From an uncultured virus (IMG/VR IMGVR_UViG_3300015244_001911) (Duplodnaviria; Heunggongvirae; Uroviricota; Caudoviricetes): DNA of 20,000 nt. How positions within the stretch are numbered: the first letter of the stretch is position 1; each line of letters opens with the position of its first letter. The notes beneath the pieces were generated by a model. That model ran no database searches. It had not been told where the DNA came from and was given only the letters and a program-made list of their open reading frames with translations. Shown in pieces: positions 8,565-15,591 of the stretch. The stretch is from positions 52,104-72,103 of IMG/VR virus record IMGVR_UViG_3300015244_001911; one strand, 5' to 3'. Position numbers and translations under genes: made by a program.

Positions 8565-8566
8565 CT

Positions 8567-9523
8567 ATGAGAATTTTAAAATTTAATGAATTTTACATAA
8601 ATGAAAGCGAAAGCGAAGTAGTTGCATATGAAGTTCCCGATGTGAAAAACATCATGGATGACGGATATGAGATATCAGCTGAATCTTTTTTAGACACTGA
8701 ATCTACACCACCCACCGGTAAAATATTAGTGACAAAGGATGGAGATAACTCGATAACTATATCATTTTGCGATAGATTCGGAAAGATGGATAACCAGCTA
8801 AATATATCAAAGGATTCTGTAAAGATCACTAAAAATTCGGATGATGAATATACCATAAAGGTGGATCCGAATCTTAGATGGCTAAACACCGGAAACAACC
8901 GTGACAATCTGGAGGATTTTATCGAGGAATTTGTTAATTGTAAAATGGACACTGAAACATATGGTACTAGACTTAAGGACGGTATTAAAGACGATGTATA
9001 TTTTATAATGGATGCCATGGGGATACCTTGTGAAGTTACTGAATTTCAAAAACTAGAGGACGATAACAAATACGAGGTCACATTGGATAATGGAATGGTA
9101 ATAGATGCTAAAAAGAGAACATCGGATGACCTGGTTGGAAATTTTGACATCTACAAGAAGCATTCAGACATATACCCATCAGTTTCTATAAAGAGCGACA
9201 GTGGAAAGATGCTGTTTACTTTTAAACCTGAAGAAATGGATCCCGTTGAAATAGAATCAAATATTACGGAGATAGGTAAGGACGATTACCTAAATTATCT
9301 TCTTAAAAAATCTCTAGGTGTAGATAGCACCATTGACGAGGAGAGATTATACAATCACTTTGTTAAATCCATAGAGGATCATGGAGAATATTCCGATGAC
9401 GACGGCGATGAAATGCAGGAAAGAGGAAGAGCATCTGCTAAGCGGATAAAGGACCTTAAGAAATTGATATCCTCATTTCTTCCCGAGAGCAAAATACGGG
9501 AGATATATCCAGATAAGAATTAA
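8567..9523 (+). CDS. Acidic putative head-internal protein with capsid-targeting-like leader
   Basis: 318 aa, D/E-rich. N-terminus MRILKFNEFYINE-S is the clearest instance of the K-F-x-E-F...I-N-E motif. Confidence 0.65.
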   Translation: MRILKFNEFYINESESEVVAYEVPDVKNIMDDGYEISAESFLDTESTPPTGKILVTKDGDNSITISFCDRFGKMDNQLNISKDSVKITKNSDDEYTIKVDPNLRWLNTGNNRDNLEDFIEEFVNCKMDTETYGTRLKDGIKDDVYFIMDAMGIPCEVTEFQKLEDDNKYEVTLDNGMVIDAKKRTSDDLVGNFDIYKKHSDIYPSVSIKSDSGKMLFTFKPEEMDPVEIESNITEIGKDDYLNYLLKKSLGVDSTIDEERLYNHFVKSIEDHGEYSDDDGDEMQERGRASAKRIKDLKKLISSFLPESKIREIYPDKN

Positions 9524-9541
9524 ATCGATACGCGACGAAAC

Positions 9542-9579
9542 AAAGACCATCCTAGATTCTACAATTTAGGATGGTTTTT
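9542..9579 (+). terminator. Long hairpin, probable rho-independent terminator
   Basis: AAAGACCATCCTAGATT-ctac-AATTTAGGATGGTTTTT: 17-bp stem with two G-U pairs (favouring the + strand RNA), ending in a T run, 18 nt after the stop at 9523. Confidence 0.75.
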
Positions 9580-9651
9580 AATGTGGGGTGCTGTCAAGTT
9601 TTTTAGTAAAACCAGAAACAATCCACTTTAAAAAATGTAAAATATATAAAG

Positions 9652-10320
9652 ATGCGTGATCTGATTGCTCTTTTATTTGGTAAAAACAAAAAAAGTAAAA
9701 AAATGGATATAACAGAAAAGAATCTGGATGAAGCTAGAGCTATGTATGCAGGTATGGACTTTCAATGGATTAAGGGTGACGATGCCCTTTCTATCGAGAC
9801 CTTTAAATCGATGAGTTTAAATGGTGAGACTGCCTTTATAGAATTCACTAGCGGGAAGAGAATCAACCTTGATCTCTTGGAGGAGTTCATGACATATTTC
9901 CCCTCACAACCCAAAGCTCCCGCACCGGTAGCAATTGAAACTGTGACCCATCAGGAGCCAAGAGTTTCCAGAGTTACTGAAGTTGTTTATCAGGATCATT
10001 CATCGGGAATGGCTGATGTTGACTCACCGATATATAAGCTACTAAGAAAGCAAAAGAAGAACATCGTGGAAGTTTCGATTAAGATGAAGCTTAATCTTCC
10101 TCCCAAGGAACTTTATGGGGTTCTTTCCACTTCTTTCGAGGATGCCGATAATGAGATTATAAATTTTGTTTTGGATGGTGTTGACATTGACGATATTAAA
10201 GCGTCACTGGCAGAGTCCATTAAAAAATCATACTACTCAATCGGTAGCAAACAGGAACTAGAAAAAACTGTAAGCACTAAATCAAACAGAAAAAATTCTA
10301 CAAGTAGCCATGAAGAATAA
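9652..10320 (+). CDS. Hypothetical two-domain protein
   Basis: 222-aa ORF with a Pro/Ala linker (QPKAPAPVA). The true start may be ATG 9703 (MDITEK), which follows a long A-rich tract. Overlaps the Nudix gene start. Confidence 0.75.
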   Translation: MRDLIALLFGKNKKSKKMDITEKNLDEARAMYAGMDFQWIKGDDALSIETFKSMSLNGETAFIEFTSGKRINLDLLEEFMTYFPSQPKAPAPVAIETVTHQEPRVSRVTEVVYQDHSSGMADVDSPIYKLLRKQKKNIVEVSIKMKLNLPPKELYGVLSTSFEDADNEIINFVLDGVDIDDIKASLAESIKKSYYSIGSKQELEKTVSTKSNRKNSTSSHEE

Positions 10321-10894
10321 GGAAAAAGTTTTATTAAATACCCCAAAATTTAATGTGGTCGAGAGAGGCAATAAGGCAGGTATAGTTTCAAGTGTTGAAA
10401 CCGTTATGCTTCTCCCTTTCATAGCCGATGATAATGGACTACCTTTAATGTTGGGAGTTCTGAAAGAAAGAAATCTTTTCAGGGAAGGCGGATATTGTCT
10501 AAGCCTAATCACGGGAACGTGCGAGGAGGAAGACCCAGATTATCTACAAACCGCAAAAAGGGAGCTGAAGGAGGAATCTGGGTATGACGTTCCTGATAAT
10601 ACTAAGTGGTATTTTTTAGGAACAGTTACAGCTACCAAGTTTGTTGAAAAAGAATATCCATGCTTTGCTATTGATGTTACCGGTATCGAGAAGGGCGAAC
10701 CTGAAACCGACGGGTCTGAACAGGAGGCATTATCATCTTTTCATTTTATACCCGCTAATGACGTTGTTAAATCCAAGGATGTTTTTATACCTGCTCTTTT
10801 TCTTAAACTTTTTAAGTTTGTTGTTGGTATGGATCTTTATAACAGAGACGATTCTGTTTTCTCTAAAACCAAAGGATTTACAGCAGATATCTAA
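10310..10894 (+). CDS. Nudix hydrolase
   Basis: 194 aa; Nudix box variant GTCEEEDPDYLQTAKRELKEESGY with REUxEExGU intact and the N-terminal half one residue longer than canonical. Confidence 0.85.
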   Translation: MKNKEKVLLNTPKFNVVERGNKAGIVSSVETVMLLPFIADDNGLPLMLGVLKERNLFREGGYCLSLITGTCEEEDPDYLQTAKRELKEESGYDVPDNTKWYFLGTVTATKFVEKEYPCFAIDVTGIEKGEPETDGSEQEALSSFHFIPANDVVKSKDVFIPALFLKLFKFVVGMDLYNRDDSVFSKTKGFTADI

Positions 10895-10906
10895 TATTTT
10901 TATTTT

Positions 10907-11206
10907 ATGAGTAACAGAAGAGAAAGAAGGCAGATTTTAAAAAAAATGGGGTTGCTTAGCGAGACCAAAATGAATGGGGCTTCATTAGGAGATTCCATCG
11001 AAATGGGAAGAAATAAGCATCGTCAGCATCTACAAAGAGTAAAAAATGATCTAATTAAGCAGGAGAAGGAAAGATCAGGCCAGGAACAAGATACAAATGA
11101 AGTTTTTTACTACAGAAACCAGTCAAACGAGTATTCTTCATTGCAATCTCTCCTGCTGAATAGAAATTGGAAAAACTTCGAATCTAACGAAGACAATGCA
11201 GAGTAA
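10907..11206 (+). CDS. Hypothetical protein with a basic N-terminus
   Basis: 99 aa starting MSNRRERRQILKKMG; co-directional and tightly packed with its neighbours. Confidence 0.7.
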   Translation: MSNRRERRQILKKMGLLSETKMNGASLGDSIEMGRNKHRQHLQRVKNDLIKQEKERSGQEQDTNEVFYYRNQSNEYSSLQSLLLNRNWKNFESNEDNAE

Positions 11207-11525
11207 GACTAAAATAAACTTCCACATATCGAGATACTCTCCGAAAGAAGCCAAAAAAAGAGCAATTGATGGGTGTGACTTCTATGTGGTCGACATCTCC
11301 AAAATTATAAGAGAATTGGGATATGAAACGGAGAACCTCTCAGATGAATCCGAATTTATAATAAACTACACTATTCGCAAGAAAATCCTACAAGGAATAT
11401 ATAGTACAAAGTGTGACGGTATACTTGTGTGCTATAAGAGTCTATCCCAGGACTTTCTCGAAAATCTCGAAAATTTCTTGGAAGAACACTCGGAGGAATT
11501 TGAGTATGCCATTCACAGTCTTTAA
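11196..11525 (+). CDS. Hypothetical protein
   Basis: 109-aa ORF overlapping the upstream stop by 11 nt and ending 19 nt before the baseplate module. Confidence 0.7.
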   Translation: MQSKTKINFHISRYSPKEAKKRAIDGCDFYVVDISKIIRELGYETENLSDESEFIINYTIRKKILQGIYSTKCDGILVCYKSLSQDFLENLENFLEEHSEEFEYAIHSL

Positions 11526-11544
11526 AAAAAAGATTGAATGGTAA

Positions 11545-13392
11545 ATGCCAAGTAACGGACCTAGTCAACAAGAGCTTCTCTTAAAACAGAACACATCCGA
11601 TGTTGTAAATCGTAACAGTAACCTTGGATCTAATAATCCTTTTAAAGGTCCCACTGCGAGAAGCCTTTTCTATGAAGGTGCTAAAAGAAATCCTAGTAAA
11701 TATGGACAGTACCTGTTCTATTCTCTGGGTAAGAACGACAACAACTTCGTTGACTCTTATTATAAATCAGAAAACGCTGACAATAATAGAAAAGTATCAT
11801 CTCTAAAATCTAAAAATCCTTCCGCTGGATATCTGGTGAGAGAAACAGCCGATCTTGAGGCTGTTAGCTCAGAAGCCGGACAGAGAATAGGAGGATTAGT
11901 TTCTAGCTTTGAAAAAAATATAATAGGGGGAATAGCAGCACCTTATTACTGGAAAGATTTTCTATATTGTAAATATTACGGTGCTATACCAAATAATTAC
12001 ATGATCACCCTTAGGAGATTTCCTACACCCGTACTCGACAATCTTAGCGTACCCGATTCCATTAAAAGCACAGAAGCATATAGAACAGAAGGTGTGGGTA
12101 GACCCGTTGCACAGGCTGTAACTTGGTTTGGTGGAAATACTAATAACACACTTAGCTCACTGATTGAATTTACTACCGGGTTAGAATGGACCAACCGCTC
12201 TCAAAGTGATGTAATAGAGCAAGAGGCATTCTCCAAGGGATTCTTCAATGATTTGCCCTACCAGTGGTTTTCCCAAGCTGCTAGAGCAGCTAGTGGTACT
12301 GATGCTATAGGAAATGGTATAGCTTCCGTTGGGGAAGCCACCACCATCGGATTCGATCCAAATAATACATCTGTGGAGAACGCGAGATTTAGAGGATTAA
12401 GGGATAGAGCTAAAGATGGAACGATGGGGTTATTGAGCGAGTATCAATGGGTTCCGATGGATGTTGTTAAGGATACACAGGTGAGAACATCGGGTCTTAA
12501 TTTTACATGGGGTACTCTAAATGTTGTTTTTGAATATGATCTGACCTCTGTTGGTGAGATTAATACAAAGGCAGCTATGCTGGATTTGATGGGAAATCTT
12601 CTCTCCATAGGTACCAATTATGGTAATTTTTTAACCCCTGATGTTAGATACCAATCAAACTTCGCTGGTATCGGATTTCCTGGAGGCGATGAAGGACTTA
12701 AGCTTTTTTATAAGGATCCTCTTTCATTTCTTCTTTCTTACGGGGATAAAATAGTTAATCCAAAGGGAGAGGCTGTCAAATCAGCGGAGGATGCTCAAAT
12801 TTCAGGTCAAATAAATCCAGCTGATGCTACAGGCGGAAATGACTCAGAGATGGCAGACCTAAAGGCACAACTATCCAAAATCACTGAGGATGGTATAAGT
12901 ATGGATAAAATTAAGGAGCTTGCTAAAAAATTTCCAGCAGCTTTTGGTAGAATACTTCAAGCCACAGTTACCCCAGGATTTATGGAAAAATACCAAGCAT
13001 CAGCAAGTTTATTAACAGGAGCACCGATCGGAGAATGGCATTTGACCATAGGTAACCCCTGCAATCCAATTGCAATGATAGGTAATTTGATCTGCAAGAA
13101 TGTAAAAATAGCCTTTGGTGATGTTTTAGGGCCTGATGATTTTCCAACAACTCTAAAAGCTACATTTGATTTGGAACACGCTAGAGGAAGAGAAAGGGGA
13201 GAAATCGAAAGCATATTTAACCGCGGAGACGGTAGACTTTACATGTCAACTCTAAGCACATCTGCTAGCGAGCAATCATGGAACGCATTTACAAACACCA
13301 ACGGTGAGTTATTAAGTGAGCAGTTTAAGAAGAAAGAATTAAATATGAGTCAAACCAGCGGTCTCGATGATTCGAAGGCGCCTGGTCAATAA
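11545..13392 (+). CDS. Putative baseplate/tail-tube cap or initiator protein (gp48/gp54-like fold)
   Basis: 615 aa directly upstream of the LysM/gp53-like gene. The C-terminal beta-rich segment WHLTIGNP..PIAMIGNLICKNVKIAFG...DDFPTTLKATFDLEH resembles the end of tube-fold baseplate proteins. Call rests on position and pattern. Confidence 0.5.
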   Translation: MPSNGPSQQELLLKQNTSDVVNRNSNLGSNNPFKGPTARSLFYEGAKRNPSKYGQYLFYSLGKNDNNFVDSYYKSENADNNRKVSSLKSKNPSAGYLVRETADLEAVSSEAGQRIGGLVSSFEKNIIGGIAAPYYWKDFLYCKYYGAIPNNYMITLRRFPTPVLDNLSVPDSIKSTEAYRTEGVGRPVAQAVTWFGGNTNNTLSSLIEFTTGLEWTNRSQSDVIEQEAFSKGFFNDLPYQWFSQAARAASGTDAIGNGIASVGEATTIGFDPNNTSVENARFRGLRDRAKDGTMGLLSEYQWVPMDVVKDTQVRTSGLNFTWGTLNVVFEYDLTSVGEINTKAAMLDLMGNLLSIGTNYGNFLTPDVRYQSNFAGIGFPGGDEGLKLFYKDPLSFLLSYGDKIVNPKGEAVKSAEDAQISGQINPADATGGNDSEMADLKAQLSKITEDGISMDKIKELAKKFPAAFGRILQATVTPGFMEKYQASASLLTGAPIGEWHLTIGNPCNPIAMIGNLICKNVKIAFGDVLGPDDFPTTLKATFDLEHARGRERGEIESIFNRGDGRLYMSTLSTSASEQSWNAFTNTNGELLSEQFKKKELNMSQTSGLDDSKAPGQ

Positions 13393-13404
13393 TAATATAT
13401 TATC

Positions 13405-13998
13405 ATGGGTTATTTTAAAATAGACACATTAGTCAAAAATAAATCGGTATTTAATCCGTCAACATCACTAGAAAATACTAGTAGCTATGGTATATGGGAT
13501 TTGACAAAAGCATCGGTTTCCTACAATAACACGAATGTCGAGGTCGGTAGTATGTTTATAGTGACTGAATTTTACCAGATGAGACCTGACTTGATTGCTG
13601 CAATAAAATTGGGTGACCACGCTAGTGTAGGATCTCTTTTGAAAATAAATAACATCAGTAATCCGTTCGCCCTCAAGGAGGGAAACGTCTTAGCTATCCC
13701 AACTCCAACCACGATAGAAAAAACTTTTAACAATAAGAAATCACTGAATCAAGCACAGGCTTCATCCAATACCAATACGAATCCAAATCAGGTGTTTAGA
13801 AAAAATCAAGAGCAAAAGAAATTTAAAGTTAGTGAAGGGAGAAAGAAATTTCTAGAATCTAAAATTAAAAATCAACCGGCTATGGTGCTACCACCTAACG
13901 TTGCACAACCAAATGATAAATCTATTGCTAAAAAAGATGGCTTCCTTATATTTGCACCTAGTGCTGGTGGTGGTGGATTTAATAAACCGGTAAACTAA
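13405..13998 (+). CDS. Baseplate wedge protein, LysM-like (T4 gp53 / P2 gpX-like)
   Basis: MRPDLIAAIKLGD...LLKINNISNPFALKEGNVLAIP is the RPDLIA...N.I.NPF.L..G..L.IP signature of gp53/LysM baseplate proteins. Confidence 0.75.
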   Translation: MGYFKIDTLVKNKSVFNPSTSLENTSSYGIWDLTKASVSYNNTNVEVGSMFIVTEFYQMRPDLIAAIKLGDHASVGSLLKINNISNPFALKEGNVLAIPTPTTIEKTFNNKKSLNQAQASSNTNTNPNQVFRKNQEQKKFKVSEGRKKFLESKIKNQPAMVLPPNVAQPNDKSIAKKDGFLIFAPSAGGGGFNKPVN

Positions 13999-13999
13999 G

Positions 14000-15556
14000 A
14001 TGACTTCGGATGATATAAAATTAGGTGCTCTCGCCTTAAATAATATGAAGCTCGACGAGCTTCTTAAAATAGATTCATCTAACGGGTCGGATGATATTCA
14101 GACCAAAAGAAGGATGGGGGCTAACTCTGAAGCTGCAACTGGAGTAGTTTCCCCTTATATTTCTATCAACGGATATAACATCACTAATTTTCTGATCAAC
14201 TTCCATTTGGACTTAAGCGGATTTTTACCAGCCGTTACATTTTCATTTAGTGCTGCTGAAACTGTTTTTATTTCGGTTAATTATCCGAAAGATGGCGATA
14301 TAGTTTCTATATACATGAGAGCTCCTGGTGATTTTTATAAGCCATTCAGAATGGATTTCCGAATTCTTTCCGTTGATGGAGGCTTATCTAGCAGATATTC
14401 TGATAGTGGATCCGATCCAAACGGGTCATTTTTTAAATTCATGATAATTGCTGAGTGCAATGTACCCGGATTATATACACAAAGAATAAAGTCTTTTAAA
14501 TCGATGCCTTCCAGTGATGTGTTACTTGAAGTTTCGCAAGATATAAATCTGGGATTTTCGACGAATGAAAAGGCAACCGAGGATGCCATGACATGGATTT
14601 GTCCTAACTATTCGTATTATGATTTTATCCAGGAGGTGACGTCAAGATCTTATAAAGATGACGAATCTAGCTTTTATGATTGTTGGGTTGATGGCTATTA
14701 TAATCTGAATTTTGTTAATCTAGGAAACCAATTCTCCTTCGATAGTGATCCCAAGCAAGAAATAACTATCATACCCGGATATACCAATCTGGGATTAAAA
14801 ATGGATACCGCTATACCAGGTACACCTACTGCTGATCCAATTAGCTTACCCCTTGTTTTAACGAATGCAGTTGGTGCGGGAATAAATCCATTTATGATAA
14901 ATGGTTACACATTAACTTCTAGAGCTGGTAATAACACTAATAACATGGGCTACATTACAACCATCGGGTTTTACGATGAAGCACTTGAAGCTAAGGAAGA
15001 ACCAACTAAGAAGTACATTAAATACGAGATTGAGTCATTAACATCAGAACATGTCCCTGTTGGTGGTATATTACAGAAGGGTAGAGCTAGAGGAAATGAA
15101 TACAAGGAAGAAACGAGAAGAGAATGGCTGGGCGTATTAAATACCGATCCTAATACAGGTGGGGGGGTTCATAAAAACTTTTACCATGCTAGATATCAGA
15201 ATCTGATCAACATAAACGATGTTACCAAGATGACCCTGGAGGTTGAGCTTATGGGATATTTTCCAGGCATATACAGAGGCCAGGTGATACCGGTTGTTAT
15301 CTATGTTTTTGATGCTGGTACCAGACAGCAAAACGTTGGACAAGAAGCCAATAAAGCACAAAATACAGACCAAGTACCAACTAAAGACGAGTTATTATCG
15401 GGTCTATATGTTGTCATGGGTATGGAAGTTTCCTGGACGGAAACATCAGGAGGTATGAGACAAAAGCTCATATTATCCAAAAGAACTTGGGTGGCTAACG
15501 CATCTGGTGCTATACCAAAAGCTTTCCCTATATCGGTACAAACTAGACAATTTTAA
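14000..15556 (+). CDS. Baseplate hub protein (T4 gp27 / Mu gp44 / P2 gpD-like)
   Basis: 518 aa between the LysM wedge gene and the spike gene. Pattern includes PKDGDIVSIY, W-I-C-P...YDFIQEV, GYFPGIYRGQVIPV and the terminal LSGLYVVMGMEVSW...QKLILSKR typical of hub proteins. Confidence 0.6.
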   Translation: MTSDDIKLGALALNNMKLDELLKIDSSNGSDDIQTKRRMGANSEAATGVVSPYISINGYNITNFLINFHLDLSGFLPAVTFSFSAAETVFISVNYPKDGDIVSIYMRAPGDFYKPFRMDFRILSVDGGLSSRYSDSGSDPNGSFFKFMIIAECNVPGLYTQRIKSFKSMPSSDVLLEVSQDINLGFSTNEKATEDAMTWICPNYSYYDFIQEVTSRSYKDDESSFYDCWVDGYYNLNFVNLGNQFSFDSDPKQEITIIPGYTNLGLKMDTAIPGTPTADPISLPLVLTNAVGAGINPFMINGYTLTSRAGNNTNNMGYITTIGFYDEALEAKEEPTKKYIKYEIESLTSEHVPVGGILQKGRARGNEYKEETRREWLGVLNTDPNTGGGVHKNFYHARYQNLININDVTKMTLEVELMGYFPGIYRGQVIPVVIYVFDAGTRQQNVGQEANKAQNTDQVPTKDELLSGLYVVMGMEVSWTETSGGMRQKLILSKRTWVANASGAIPKAFPISVQTRQF

Positions 15557-15561
15557 ATGTC

Positions 15562-15570
15562 GGATAAATA
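15562..15570 (+). promoter_or_regulatory. Putative phage late promoter box GGATAAATA
   Basis: In a 35-nt intergenic gap, 21 nt before ATG 15592; shares ATAAATA with the T4 late promoter. Confidence 0.55.
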
Positions 15571-15591
15571 TAAGAAATAATAAAACTTTAG

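Noticed and set aside
9524..9651. tRNA or other known RNA gene in the larger intergenic gaps
   Set aside because: No cloverleaf, T-loop GTTCRA or other recognisable family signature here or in 4051-4176 and 8025-8114.
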